Of a stretch of DNA of 64,000 bases, positions 49,006 through 59,468 are shown piece after piece. The notes under the pieces are model-generated. The model was not told the origin of the DNA. It saw only the letters and a program-made list of their open reading frames with translations, and searched no databases. The stretch covers positions 212,913 to 276,912 of the forward strand of contig JACQSX010000010.1 in NCBI GenBank assembly GCA_016211105.1, given 5' to 3'. Every line of letters begins with the position of its first letter. Within the stretch, counting starts at the first letter, position 1. The position numbers and the translations under genes are program-made. Origin of the DNA: Acidobacteriota bacterium (lineage in GTDB: Bacteria > Acidobacteriota > UBA6911 > JACQSX01).

Positions 49006-52000
49006 CTACACTGTGTCGTCCGGGTGCAACGATGCAGAGCTTCGATCTGCTTGCCGCTGCGCCATGGCAAATACCAACGGAAGCACCAGAAGAACAGCAA
49101 GGGTGGAGGCGGCGAGACCGCCGATTACTGCACAGCCCAGAGGGGCAGTCTGTTCTCCTCCTCGCCCCAATGCCAGCGCCAGAGGAATCATGCCTGCAAT
49201 CATTGCAACGGTAGTCATCAGGATTGGCCGCAACCTCCTCTCCGCCCCTTCCAAAGCCGCCGCCGCGGCATCCTTGCCGCGTCGACGTGTCTCTTCGGCA
49301 AACGTCACCAGCAAAATTGCGTTTGCCACGGAGACCCCAATCGCCATGATCGCGCCCATGAAGGATTGCACGTTCAAAGTCGTTCCAGTGATCCAGAGCG
49401 CGAGTGCGACGCCTGCGATAACCGCCGGTATGGTTGAAAGCACCACAAACGCCACGCGCACCGACTGGAAATTTGCGGCCAGCAACAGGAAGATCGCAAG
49501 GACGGCAATCAGGAGCCCGGCCCTTAAGCCATCGAGTGTTTGGTTCATGGGCGGAACTTGCCCCCGCATGTTGACGGTCACTCCACGAGGGAGTTCTCCG
49601 GCCCGCCGGATCGCGTCTCCAACCTCCGCAGCAACGGTTCCAAGATCTTTCCCCTCAATATTGGCAGTGATGGTGACCATTCGCTGCTGGTTGTAACGGT
49701 CATACTCCCCGGGCATCACGCCGTAGCCGACTTGCGCGACATCTCCCACGAGCGGGCGGGTTGCGCCGCCCGGCATGGCGGGAACACTTTCAACGTCCTC
49801 AATGGAACTCACCTGAGATTGAGGGATTTCCACCTGCACCTGATAAGCAATTCCGCTTGTCGGATCGCGCCAGTAGTTCGGCTGTGTGTACCGGCTTGAG
49901 GAGGTTGCGGCAGCCAGGGAGCGTCCCACTTGTTCCACAGTCACGCCGAGCTGCCCGGCACGCTCGCGGTCTACCTTGATGTCAACGGTTGGATAGTCCA
50001 GCGGCTGTCCGAACTGCAGGTCCCTCAGAGACAAAATCTTCTTCATCTCAGCCAGCACCTCCCCGGCGAAAGCCCTGTTCGCGCCCAGATTGGGACCGCT
50101 GACGGCGACTTCAATGGGTGTGGGAGCGCCAAAGTTCATGATCTGGCTGACGATGTCTCCCGATTCAAAGGATAGAGTTGTGCCGGGAAGAATGGCCGGC
50201 AGTTTCCGGCGCAAACGCTCCTGAAACTCAGCCAGCCGAATGCGAGAGTTTGGCCGCAAAGCAACCAGCAAGAGAGCTTCGTGCGGCCCGCTCGACCAGA
50301 GATAAATACTGTTGACCGGATAGTTCGAAGTCGGATTGCCGGCAAACGCAAGCGTTATGGCGACATTGTCCGGGCCGGCTTCAGCTCGGATTGCGTCCAG
50401 TGCTTTCAGCGTGATCAATTCCGTGCGCTCGACGCGAGTTCCCGTCGGTGCCCTCAATCTGAGTTGGAATTGACCGGTATCCACCGCAGGGAAAATATCC
50501 GTTCCCAGACGTCGGCCGATTAGGACGATAACTCCAACCGCGATAACCGCGTAGACGGCCACAACAACCCATCGCAGCGGGAAGAGGCGCTCCACGAAAC
50601 CGCGATATCGGCTCCTAAACTTGTGAAACAAGGAGTGGGTATCTTCCGCTGTGTGTTCCTCCCTCAGGAGCCATACTGAAAGGACCGGTACCAGTGTGTT
50701 CGACAATAGGTAGGATGCGAGCATCGCAAAGCCAACCGCCAGCGAGAGGGGCACAAACAGAGACCGTGCGATGCCCGTCATGAAGAAGGAGGGAATGAAC
50801 ACGGCCAGCACGGCCAGCATTGCAAGCAGGCGCGGAGTTACAGTCTCGCGCCCGGCGAGGAGCACCGCTCGCGACCGCCCTTGCCCTCGCGCTAAATGAG
50901 TGTGAATATTCTCAATCGCCACCGTCGCCTCGTCGACGAGAATGCCGATTGCCAATGCCAGACCGCCGAGTGTCATGATGTTAACGGTATGTCCAGTGAG
51001 CCAGAGCCCAACCAGTGCGGCAAGCAGCGCAAAGGGTATGGTCGCAACTACAATCAGCGCGCTCCGGACGTCGCGCAGGAAGAGAAGCACCATAAGCCCG
51101 GTTAGAACGGCTCCCAACAAACCTTCTGTGGCCAGGACCCGAATTGCGTTCTTTACATAAGAGGACTGGTCGAACTCGAAGCTGACCTCGATGTCTTCCG
51201 GGACCAGAGCCTGCATTCTGGGCAGTTCGGTCTTCACTCGATTGACAACTTCCAGGGTGGAGGCATCGGCACGCTTGGTCACCGGAATATAGACCGTCCT
51301 GCGCCCGTTGACGAGCGCATAGCCGGTGACGATGTCACTGCCGTTCTCGACCGTCCCTACGTCCCGGAGAAAAACCGTAGGTCCTGCTCCGCTTCTGATA
51401 GGCAGCGCGGCCAGTTCCTGTATCTGGGTCACCGAGGAATTGAGAGGCGCAAGTCGATTGATGTCTCCGGTTCGGACATTGCCTGCCGGCAGGATGGTAT
51501 TGCCGGTCGCGACTGCCTTCACCACTTCCTCGGCTGACATGTTAAATCCCCGCAGTCGGCTGGGATCGACACGGATCAGTATCGTTCGCTGGCTGGCGCC
51601 GAAGGGCGGCGGCGCAGATACGCCCGGTAGAGTCGCAAACATGGGCCGGACGCGGTTCAGGGCCAGGTCCTGAATTTCCCCCACGCTGCGCGTCTCGCTG
51701 GAAAAGATTAGCTGGCCGACCGGTACTGTCCCGGCGTCAAAACGCACCACAAAAGGCGCGACTGTTCCCGGAGGCATGAAGGCACGGGCTCGATCGACGT
51801 AAGAGACGGTTTGGGCCAGGGCCTGGCTCATATCGGTCCCGGGATGAAAGAAAAGCTTGATCAGGCCGATATTCTGGATCGACTTGGATTCAACATGTTC
51901 GATGCCGGTGATGTAGAGGAAGTGATATTCGTAATAGTAAACGAGATAACCTTCCATCTGCGCGGGATCCATGCCGCCATAGGGCTGCGCCACGACAATC

Positions 52001-52131
52001 ACCGGCAAGTTCAGCTCCGGGAAGATGTCTACCGGCATCCGTGCCAGAGCCAGGACGGCGCACAAGGCGACCCCGACTACGGCGACCGCGATGGTGATGG
52101 GTCGCCTCATGGCCAGATTTATGAGCCACAT
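49006..52131 (-). CDS. efflux RND transporter permease (CzcA/CusA-like)
   Basis: 1041 aa, 12-TM architecture; N-terminal [16 protein letters not shown] is the typical RND start. Confidence 0.9.
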   Translation of the reverse strand: MWLINLAMRRPITIAVAVVGVALCAVLALARMPVDIFPELNLPVIVVAQPYGGMDPAQMEGYLVYYYEYHFLYITGIEHVESKSIQNIGLIKLFFHPGTDMSQALAQTVSYVDRARAFMPPGTVAPFVVRFDAGTVPVGQLIFSSETRSVGEIQDLALNRVRPMFATLPGVSAPPPFGASQRTILIRVDPSRLRGFNMSAEEVVKAVATGNTILPAGNVRTGDINRLAPLNSSVTQIQELAALPIRSGAGPTVFLRDVGTVENGSDIVTGYALVNGRRTVYIPVTKRADASTLEVVNRVKTELPRMQALVPEDIEVSFEFDQSSYVKNAIRVLATEGLLGAVLTGLMVLLFLRDVRSALIVVATIPFALLAALVGLWLTGHTVNIMTLGGLALAIGILVDEATVAIENIHTHLARGQGRSRAVLLAGRETVTPRLLAMLAVLAVFIPSFFMTGIARSLFVPLSLAVGFAMLASYLLSNTLVPVLSVWLLREEHTAEDTHSLFHKFRSRYRGFVERLFPLRWVVVAVYAVIAVGVIVLIGRRLGTDIFPAVDTGQFQLRLRAPTGTRVERTELITLKALDAIRAEAGPDNVAITLAFAGNPTSNYPVNSIYLWSSGPHEALLLVALRPNSRIRLAEFQERLRRKLPAILPGTTLSFESGDIVSQIMNFGAPTPIEVAVSGPNLGANRAFAGEVLAEMKKILSLRDLQFGQPLDYPTVDIKVDRERAGQLGVTVEQVGRSLAAATSSSRYTQPNYWRDPTSGIAYQVQVEIPQSQVSSIEDVESVPAMPGGATRPLVGDVAQVGYGVMPGEYDRYNQQRMVTITANIEGKDLGTVAAEVGDAIRRAGELPRGVTVNMRGQVPPMNQTLDGLRAGLLIAVLAIFLLLAANFQSVRVAFVVLSTIPAVIAGVALALWITGTTLNVQSFMGAIMAIGVSVANAILLVTFAEETRRRGKDAAAAALEGAERRLRPILMTTVAMIAGMIPLALALGRGGEQTAPLGCAVIGGLAASTLAVLLVLPLVFAMAQRQADRSSASLHPDDTV

Positions 52132-52132
52132 G

Positions 52133-53542
52133 CTACTTTCTCCTTGAAACCGGTGTGGTCGATACCTGTTGCAGAAAAGGCCTCAGGTCGCCCTGAGCCT
52201 TTGCCATCCCGAGCAGCGCCCGCCACACTGCCAGCCGGGCAACGGCATCGTCGATCTCAGCCTGTACGAGCAGTCTTTGCGCTTCAGCCACTTCGACCAC
52301 CGTCGCCAGACCCGCTTCATATCTGGCGCGCGCCCGAGTCTCGGTCTCTCGGGCCGCGTTCAGTTGGACAGGTGTATTTTCAGCGATGCGGCGAGCGGCA
52401 TCGAGCAGGGCCCGGGCCCGAGCCTCTCCCGCTTTAAGGCCCAGCACGGTCTGATCATAATGAGCCCTTTCCGCTGCTTCATTGTTGGCCTCGATCCGCT
52501 TACGGTCGCGGATTGCAAAAACGTCAAAGACCGGAAAGGTAACCGTGAGGCCGGCTGCCCAATTGGGGACGTCCGGCAACAGTCCCTCGTCTCCCCCCAG
52601 TCTCCCGTCGAGTCGAGCGCCGGTTCCACGGCCATAATATGCGGATTGAAAACTGAAACGCGGAAAGTACGAGCGATCCCATATGCGTTTCCTGGCATGC
52701 GCTGCTTCAACTGAAGCCGCCTGCGCCAGAGCCAGCGGATGAGCATCAAACTTCGCGATCGCGACGGGGCTGTCGACGGGGAGATCCAGCAACGGGCCGG
52801 GGTCGAGACTCAACGACGGCCCCAGGACACCGAGCGCCTCAGCCAGCGTGGCACGACCGATTTCAGCGGCCTGTTGAGCCTGAATGGATTGTGTTTTCGC
52901 GGCCGCAAGCTCGGCGTCCGCGCGGGACGCATCCGCGCCCGGGCGGAGTTCATTCGCTACGAGGACATGAACAGACCGGGCAAAGACTTCCAGCCGTTCA
53001 ACGTTTGCCTGAGTCGCCTGGACCTCCTGCTGGGCCGCTAGTAGCGTGAGGAACGCGTCTGCAGCCGTCGTCGCTATATCAAGCCGCGTGACATCTGTGG
53101 CCGCGTTGGCCTGCCGCTCCAGCGCGCGTCCTAAATCGACGTTGGCCTTCCTCAATCCGAAATCAAAAGGTTCCCACGACAGCAGCGTCCCCCCGGCGCT
53201 TCCCCACGTGCTCACATAAGAGCTGGTTCCCAGGACCGGTCCTGAAATTGAGGGAATAATCGATTGGGGGAGAAGAAGGCCAAACACGTTATTCCTGGTT
53301 GCCCGATTTTCCTGCCACAGCAAATCCAGGCGGGGCAGGTAAGCGGTGCGCGCCAGATCAACGCCTGCGCCCGCGGCAGCGGCTCTGGCGCGGCTGGCCC
53401 GAATCGCGGGGTAGTTCCTGGTCGCAAAATCCACGGCGGCGCTCAGGGATAAGGGCTGCGGCGGGGCGTCCTGTGCCAAAGAAAGTGCGGCCGACATCAG
53501 ACAGACCACAAAGGTATACAGGAAGCGCTGCAGGGTCAGCAT
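52133..53542 (-). CDS. TolC-family outer membrane efflux protein
   Basis: Signal peptide [24 protein letters not shown] chosen as the start; tandem coiled-coil/beta-barrel repeats. Confidence 0.75.
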   Translation of the reverse strand: MLTLQRFLYTFVVCLMSAALSLAQDAPPQPLSLSAAVDFATRNYPAIRASRARAAAAGAGVDLARTAYLPRLDLLWQENRATRNNVFGLLLPQSIIPSISGPVLGTSSYVSTWGSAGGTLLSWEPFDFGLRKANVDLGRALERQANAATDVTRLDIATTAADAFLTLLAAQQEVQATQANVERLEVFARSVHVLVANELRPGADASRADAELAAAKTQSIQAQQAAEIGRATLAEALGVLGPSLSLDPGPLLDLPVDSPVAIAKFDAHPLALAQAASVEAAHARKRIWDRSYFPRFSFQSAYYGRGTGARLDGRLGGDEGLLPDVPNWAAGLTVTFPVFDVFAIRDRKRIEANNEAAERAHYDQTVLGLKAGEARARALLDAARRIAENTPVQLNAARETETRARARYEAGLATVVEVAEAQRLLVQAEIDDAVARLAVWRALLGMAKAQGDLRPFLQQVSTTPVSRRK

Positions 53543-53544
53543 CG

Positions 53545-54561
53545 TCAAGTACGAACCTCCTTCGGTAAATTGGTGGAAAGCTTCCTGTTGCTTCCGGCCA
53601 GCGCTCGGGAGAGACCTTCGAAGAGGGTGATCCCGTGCGATTCCAGTTCCGCGTCCGAAAGCCCTGCCAGTAGCCATCCCTTCAGGATGGCGTCAACACC
53701 GGCAGCTTCCGGTCGAGCATAATGGCCGTCGCGAAGATCAATCTCGTGGATGATTTCTGCAATGGGGCGTACGGACGGTTCGTTCAAGCCGAATGCGGCG
53801 ACCATGACCTCGAAAGTGCAAAGGTTTCCAAGATGGCCAAAGTGGGCCTTGCTCATGTCGAAGCTGATCTCGTGGGATTCCGGTTTCAGCGAGTAACGAA
53901 TTGAGGCCTTCGGGTTTATGAACCGCCGAATCAGCCAGGCGCACGCCAGGCGGTCGACGTGGGGACGCGGGCGTGTAACCCAGCGCTTCCTCCGATACTC
54001 GGAAACGGCCTCCGGAGTAACGTTTGCCGCAGGATCTCCGATCGGGAAAAGGGCCTGCTGAAATTCTGCCAGTCTCGACCCAAGGCGAGCGCCGGACGGC
54101 GACTCGAAGAAATCCACTCGACCAATATCACTGTGGCGCTTGCGAAGTTTTCGAAGGCCGTCCAGGATACGGCTGGGCTCCTTGAGCTTCTTCCCGGCGG
54201 CTCCGGACTTCTTCAATTGGGCCAGCTCCAGCTCGATCTGACGATAATCGTGGTCCCGCGCCTCGCGGAAAAGCCGGATCAACTGGGTATCGCTCAGCCC
54301 GTCAAAACGATCGACGCGCATGACCAGAGCATCCCCCTGGAACTGACGAACTTCCTGGGCAAGCCATTGAAAGGCTTCCACGCACTCGTCACGCAGGGGG
54401 AGAACGTGGGAGCCGCCGGTCAGTCGAATTGCGCCCAGGCGGCGCAGGCGGCGCCAGAGTGAGACCCGGTCGCTGGAACTGCGGTCGGACGGCAGAGAAT
54501 AGGAAAAGACAATCCAGTCCATCCCAGTGAGTGTATTATTCGTTTCAGCATGATGCAACAA
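53545..54561 (-). CDS. ChrB-like (chromate resistance regulator family) protein
   Basis: WVTRPRPHVDRLACAWLIRRFINPKA matches the ChrB C-terminal domain signature. Confidence 0.55.
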   Translation of the reverse strand: MLHHAETNNTLTGMDWIVFSYSLPSDRSSSDRVSLWRRLRRLGAIRLTGGSHVLPLRDECVEAFQWLAQEVRQFQGDALVMRVDRFDGLSDTQLIRLFREARDHDYRQIELELAQLKKSGAAGKKLKEPSRILDGLRKLRKRHSDIGRVDFFESPSGARLGSRLAEFQQALFPIGDPAANVTPEAVSEYRRKRWVTRPRPHVDRLACAWLIRRFINPKASIRYSLKPESHEISFDMSKAHFGHLGNLCTFEVMVAAFGLNEPSVRPIAEIIHEIDLRDGHYARPEAAGVDAILKGWLLAGLSDAELESHGITLFEGLSRALAGSNRKLSTNLPKEVRT

Positions 54562-54865
54562 CTATTGCAATAAAATCAAAATCTATTATCAAGATGGCGT
54601 CGGAAGGCACCTTCACATTCCTTGCCGCCGCCAATCAGAAGCGTCGTCGATTGATTTGGACCAGGTTAGCTGGCATCAAAAGCGAGACTGTCCGAGTAAG
54701 ATTTTTCCACTTTCAAGCTCAACGAGTTATAAGTGGAAAAGCCGTCCCAGCGCACCGTTCTGAAGCTGCTCAGACTTGGATCGGGACGGCGGGGATCGAT
54801 CGGCCCTGGACCGGGTTCCGGAATAAAGCGTAAGAGCCTGGATGTTATCGATTCGAGTCAGCAGA

Positions 54866-54901
54866 GTTTCCGCGATCAGATGATCGCGGCCCCATTGAAG
54901 C
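54866..54901 (+). repeat. solitary degenerate CRISPR repeat (4 mismatches), 64 bp upstream of hicB
   Basis: GTTTCCGCGATCAGATGATCGCGGCCCCATTGAAGC compared with the array consensus. The stem is retained; the loop is CAGATG instead of CAATTG. Confidence 0.7.
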
Positions 54902-54964
54902 TGCAGTTCCCAAGAGATTGAGTATTGGCCAAGTGTGTGAGATATTGAAACCAGGATTAAGACT

Positions 54965-55171
54965 ATGAAATTCGTCATTACGATTTTTCAGGACGAGGAC
55001 GGGATGTTTGTCGCTGAGTGCCCCTCGATTCCCGGCTGTATCAGTCAGGGCAAGACCGAGCGGGAAGCCGAGCAGAATATTCGTGAGGCCATTAAAGAGT
55101 GTCTAGCAATGCGTGCTGAGAACGGGTTGCCACTAACGGTCAAAACGTGTGAAGTTGAAGTCGCCGTCTAA
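54965..55171 (+). CDS. hicB: HicB antitoxin (UPF0150)
   Basis: MKFVITIFQDEDGMFVAECPSIPGCISQGKTEREAEQNIREAI. Confidence 0.65.
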   Translation: MKFVITIFQDEDGMFVAECPSIPGCISQGKTEREAEQNIREAIKECLAMRAENGLPLTVKTCEVEVAV

Positions 55172-55405
55172 TGCCTCCTGTCCCGATTCTGAAGCCTCAA
55201 GAGGTTGTCCGAACCTTTGAGAATCCTGGGATGGACGGTTGCACGCCGGCGCGGAAGTCACATCATCCTCACAAAAGAAGGTCATATCGCCACTCTCTCC
55301 GTGCCCAATCATTCCGAAGTCGCTCGTGGCACGCTACGAAGCTTGATCGCGCGCCAAAAACAAATATACTGGAAACACGAATTCTTTTGCGGTAGTTTCT
55401 CTTAG
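55171..55405 (+). pseudogene. hicA: hicA toxin with a 1-nt frameshift
   Basis: Frame 1 gives MPPVPILKPQEVVRTFE. The continuation ILGWTVARRRGSHIILTKEGHIATLSVPNHSEVARGTLRSL is in the next frame, with an extra C in AATCCTGGG. Confidence 0.55.
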
Positions 55406-55431
55406 CCCAATCAAGATGAGAGGTTGAATCG

Positions 55432-56505
55432 ATGACCGACAACAAAGCCGAGGCTAAGAAGATTAGTATGACAAGCACCAAGCAAGAAATGCTGGATGCC
55501 TACAACACGCTTCTGAAGCAGCTTCAGGAAAAGCGCCAGACAGAATTGAAACCAGAACAGAGAGTCGAGGAAAAGAAGGTCAGGGAGGCGATAAAAGTCG
55601 CCGATTCTCTGTCCACGGAAGGCGTGGTGAAAGAGATCAGCAGCCTGCGGTTGGAAGTCGGAAAAATGCTGGCGCAGCTTTCCGACAGGCTGGAGGAAGA
55701 AGTCCACAAATATCAGGGCATTCAGCAAGCTTTTGAGATCAAACAGCAGGAACTTAAGGAAGTATATGAGATCGAAAGATCGGCAGCAACCTTGGCTGCA
55801 TTGATAGAAGCGCAGCGCCAGAAGCAGGAGGGATTCGAAGCCGAAATGGCTTCCAGGAAAGAAGCGCTGCAGTCGGAAATCGACATGATGCGCGCGGAGT
55901 GGAAAAAAGAAAAGGAACTTCGTGACCTGGAGCTTAAGGAGCAACTGGCAGCCGAGGCGAAAAGGCGTGAGCGGGAAAAGGAAGAATACCAATACGTTTT
56001 CAAGCGAGAGCAGCGACTGACAAAGGACAGCTTTGAAGACGAAAAAGCCAGGCTTGAAAAAGATATCGCGCTGAAAAAGGAAGCAATGGAGAAAGAGTTG
56101 GCGGAAAGGGAGAAAGTTCTGAGCCGGAGGGAAGAGGAGCTCAACGAACTACGGGCAAGAGTGAACGCCTTTCCAAAGGAAATGGAAAAGGCCGTCGGCG
56201 AGGCGGTCAGGGAAGCGACGGCAAGAGTGCAAGTGGAAGCCAAGAACAGGGAGGAACTGTCGAAGAAGGAGTTTGAGGGTGAACGCAAGGTTCTGGCCAC
56301 GCGCATCGAGTCTCTGGAACAGGGGGTGAAGGAGCAAAACGAACAGATTGCGAAGCTCTCGCAGAGGCTGGAAAAAGCGTATCAGCAGGTCCAGGACATT
56401 GCGGTAAAGGCCGTGGAGAGTTCTTCAAATTCCAAATCGATCTCAGCCCTGCAGCAATTGGTCGCCGAGCAGAGCCGCAAGCAGCCGCCGGAGAGGGAAC
56501 GCTAG
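55432..56505 (+). CDS. coiled-coil hypothetical protein (357 aa)
   Basis: Very high E/K/R/Q/L content with heptad-like repeats throughout. Confidence 0.45.
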   Translation: MTDNKAEAKKISMTSTKQEMLDAYNTLLKQLQEKRQTELKPEQRVEEKKVREAIKVADSLSTEGVVKEISSLRLEVGKMLAQLSDRLEEEVHKYQGIQQAFEIKQQELKEVYEIERSAATLAALIEAQRQKQEGFEAEMASRKEALQSEIDMMRAEWKKEKELRDLELKEQLAAEAKRREREKEEYQYVFKREQRLTKDSFEDEKARLEKDIALKKEAMEKELAEREKVLSRREEELNELRARVNAFPKEMEKAVGEAVREATARVQVEAKNREELSKKEFEGERKVLATRIESLEQGVKEQNEQIAKLSQRLEKAYQQVQDIAVKAVESSSNSKSISALQQLVAEQSRKQPPERER

Positions 56506-56540
56506 GATCGCGCGAGCACCACGCGCGCTACCGGGTTGGA

Positions 56541-59435
56541 TCAGAATTTAAGCCGTAACTGCATTTCAACTCGTCGGTTGCCCGCTCCCGCAGCAGGTCC
56601 GTAGCTGTCCGCAAGCGTATTTGCATTCCCGAAAAAGGGTGAAGTTAAATTGCCGATGAGTGTCCCTGGGTTCGTGTGATTCAACAGATTCCGGACAGAA
56701 ACAGAGAATATCAAGTTGTACCGTTTTTCAGAGAGGGTGTCGGTCAAGATGCTGCGCATTCCCCCTTCTTCCCCGGACGAAGTACCTCCTTTCGACTTTT
56801 CGCTCTTGCTACCAAAACCGAAAGTCCTACTTAAGCGCAGGTTTACTGTGAAATAGCCGGGCGCGAAACCGTAGTTGCGGGGGATGATTTCTTTCTCGGG
56901 CGTAGGATTCGGATTGAACGCTCCGAAAGGGGTAACGATGGCGCTGTCTTTGATGAGATCGGCGGCAAATCCAGGACGGTCTGTAAGCAGCGTGTCTCCG
57001 TTTGCGTCGACACCGGTAGTGATGTTGAAAGGCACTCCCGAGCGCGCAACGATAAACGGGCTGAACTTAAAGCCGCGCGGCCCCAGGATCGAAGCGCCTA
57101 GAACGAAGCGGTGCCTCTCATCCAGGACCGAGCGCCCGTACTCCATGCTATCGTCATACGAATCGGCCGGGAAGGTCGTCGGGCCATCCGTGCTGCTGTT
57201 GGCGTAATTCAACAAGTACAACGCGAAAAGCGTCACATTCCGGTTGAAGCGGCTGTTCACAGTGGTGTTCCACTGCCTTTGGTTAAGAACACCAACCGAT
57301 TCGTACAAGAAAACGGTGCCCGAACCGTAAGGCCGAATTCCGCTGGTCGAAATGCCCGGGACAAACGTTCCTGGCAAAGGGGCGTTGATGTTGCGAGACC
57401 GCAAGAGGTGCAGGCCGCGGAAGTTAGAGAAGGTGCTGGCGATCGTCGTGCTGAAAGGCAATAGGCGCTCGATCCCAATTGAGGTTTCCATGATGTAAGG
57501 CGCGCGTAAATCAGAAGCCACGCGCCGGATCGTTGGCTGGGCGGTTAAGGTCTGGACCGGGGGCGCCGTCGGGAAGAAATCGGGATTGCGTACAACGTAT
57601 TGCTGCTGATTCAAACCGTTTAACCGGATCGCCTGCAGCGTTAGCTTTTCGCTGAAGCGATCGTAAAAGGTTCCAAAGCCGACTCGCACTGTAGTTTTCC
57701 TTCGCTCAGAAGCACCCGGAGCCCATGCAAGACGGATCCGCGGCGCAAAATCCTTCCAGTCGGGGATGTTGTTTTGCGCTTCATAGCGCAGGCCTAGGCC
57801 CAGCAGGAAGTTCGGGCGGATTCGCCAATCGTCCTGCATAAAGACGCCCAGGTCCACCTGGCTCACCTCCGCTTTCGGGTCGCCGGCCGTTATGGAAAAC
57901 TGGGTGGCGCCGCCGCCGAGCGCGCGGATTTGCTCCGCCGTCAGGCCCTCCCCCTGAAAGAGAAGGGTGCGGCGATACCGTTCAATCGGCGTGATCGATG
58001 CCAACACAGGCTGACCCGCCGTATCACGCACGACTTGGTTGGCCATGTCCAATTGCGGCGCGGAGCCGCCGGAAAACCGGAACGTACCCCCGAAATTCTG
58101 CGGCGAAATATCGGAAATGGAGGTGGAGCGTAAGCGCCCGCCCCATCTGAGTGAGTGAGCGCCGAGGACGAAATAGGTGTTGTTTTGAAATTCCCATCGA
58201 TCCTGAGTGAGAAAGGAGTGCCCAATTTCCGAGCCACCTCCTGTGAAGGCCTCACTCACGCTGATGGTGGGCACGGAGTTGTCGCCAAGCTGATCCGTGG
58301 CAGTCCGCACGAACTGAAGGCGCGTTTCATTGATCACTCTCGAGCTGAGCAGTGCAGTTTCCGTCAGTTGAAGGAGGTGTTCGGTTTCCGAGGTGTTGTA
58401 GGCACGCGAGAGCAGCGAGAAGTCTCCAATACCGGCGTTTTCACGGCCCATGTGTGTATACATATAGCGCGCCACCAGCGTGTGGTTTTGACTCCACTGG
58501 TAATCCACACGAGGACTCATGCTAATGCGACGCTGCGGCGTGAAAACTTCTTGGCGAAGCGGTGTGACGTTCAGAGCAGGATCGAGAATGGTCGCGCTAA
58601 TCACGGCCTCCGCGTCGAGCTCCCGCCTTTCCAGGTCCACAGAGAACGAAGCGCGTTTTTTCAGCGGGCCGCTCAACCTTCCCCCCAAAAGCCTCTCCTG
58701 AAAAACCGGGCGCTTGGAGGCATAGAACGGGTTGCGTGCATTAAAATAGCCGTCCCCAAAATTGAAGAACGCCTCGCCGCGGAACTTATCCGAGCCTGGC
58801 TTCGTGAAAACTTCGATCCGTCCGAAACCCACGCGATCATATGCAGCCGAAAAGGGGTTTTGATTGGTGCGGAACTCGCGAATGGACGTTTTTGATGGCA
58901 GGCGACCCCCACTAAATCCATCCACAAAGAGTTGGGTGCCCTGCGGACCCGCGGAGGCCCCCGACAGTGCCTCCAAATCTGCGGCGAGGTCGTCGAGGTC
59001 CTCGGGCAGTGCCTCGAAATCGGAGCCTGGGAGGGCGACTGCGCCCCCCCGAAAGGGGGTTTCCTGGAGTAAGGTGATTTCCTGTTCTATTGCCGCGAGG
59101 CTCAGCGAAATGGGAAGAATGGTGACGCGCCCCGCGGTGATCTCCACCGCCGTGTTTTCATACGGCGCAAAGCTGCGAAAAAAGGCGCGAACCGTATACC
59201 TTCCCGGTGCAAGCCCACGGAAAACATATGCGCCTGTCTCGTCGGTGGTGAGCGTCCTTGTGTTCCCTCGGGAATCCGTCACCGTTACAGTGGCGCCGGG
59301 GATGACCCCTCCTGTGAGATCAAAGACCCGTCCTTGCACCGTGTCAGTCACCTGCTGCGCTAACGCTGCGTCCACGACAAGCGGCAGCGTGAGCAGCAAG
59401 ACACAGATCTGGAATATTTTTTTCGATTCGGACAT
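56541..59435 (-). CDS. TonB-dependent receptor-like outer membrane protein with an N-terminal carboxypeptidase-regulatory-like domain
   Basis: Signal peptide; VQGRVFDLTGGVIPGATVTVTD...GAYVFRGLAPGRYTV; C-terminal ...LRLKF aromatic terminus. Confidence 0.75.
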   Translation of the reverse strand: MSESKKIFQICVLLLTLPLVVDAALAQQVTDTVQGRVFDLTGGVIPGATVTVTDSRGNTRTLTTDETGAYVFRGLAPGRYTVRAFFRSFAPYENTAVEITAGRVTILPISLSLAAIEQEITLLQETPFRGGAVALPGSDFEALPEDLDDLAADLEALSGASAGPQGTQLFVDGFSGGRLPSKTSIREFRTNQNPFSAAYDRVGFGRIEVFTKPGSDKFRGEAFFNFGDGYFNARNPFYASKRPVFQERLLGGRLSGPLKKRASFSVDLERRELDAEAVISATILDPALNVTPLRQEVFTPQRRISMSPRVDYQWSQNHTLVARYMYTHMGRENAGIGDFSLLSRAYNTSETEHLLQLTETALLSSRVINETRLQFVRTATDQLGDNSVPTISVSEAFTGGGSEIGHSFLTQDRWEFQNNTYFVLGAHSLRWGGRLRSTSISDISPQNFGGTFRFSGGSAPQLDMANQVVRDTAGQPVLASITPIERYRRTLLFQGEGLTAEQIRALGGGATQFSITAGDPKAEVSQVDLGVFMQDDWRIRPNFLLGLGLRYEAQNNIPDWKDFAPRIRLAWAPGASERRKTTVRVGFGTFYDRFSEKLTLQAIRLNGLNQQQYVVRNPDFFPTAPPVQTLTAQPTIRRVASDLRAPYIMETSIGIERLLPFSTTIASTFSNFRGLHLLRSRNINAPLPGTFVPGISTSGIRPYGSGTVFLYESVGVLNQRQWNTTVNSRFNRNVTLFALYLLNYANSSTDGPTTFPADSYDDSMEYGRSVLDERHRFVLGASILGPRGFKFSPFIVARSGVPFNITTGVDANGDTLLTDRPGFAADLIKDSAIVTPFGAFNPNPTPEKEIIPRNYGFAPGYFTVNLRLSRTFGFGSKSEKSKGGTSSGEEGGMRSILTDTLSEKRYNLIFSVSVRNLLNHTNPGTLIGNLTSPFFGNANTLADSYGPAAGAGNRRVEMQLRLKF

Positions 59436-59468
59436 GCTTGCTGTATCTTCGAGGTCTGTCTCAGATGC

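Noticed and set aside
48794-52437. Long plus-strand ORFs inside the RND permease gene (for example 48794..49696 and 51811..52437)
   Set aside because: These are antisense to a well-supported 1041-aa RND transporter, and high-GC DNA produces long spurious antisense frames. Their composition is Ala/Arg/Pro-rich with no motifs.
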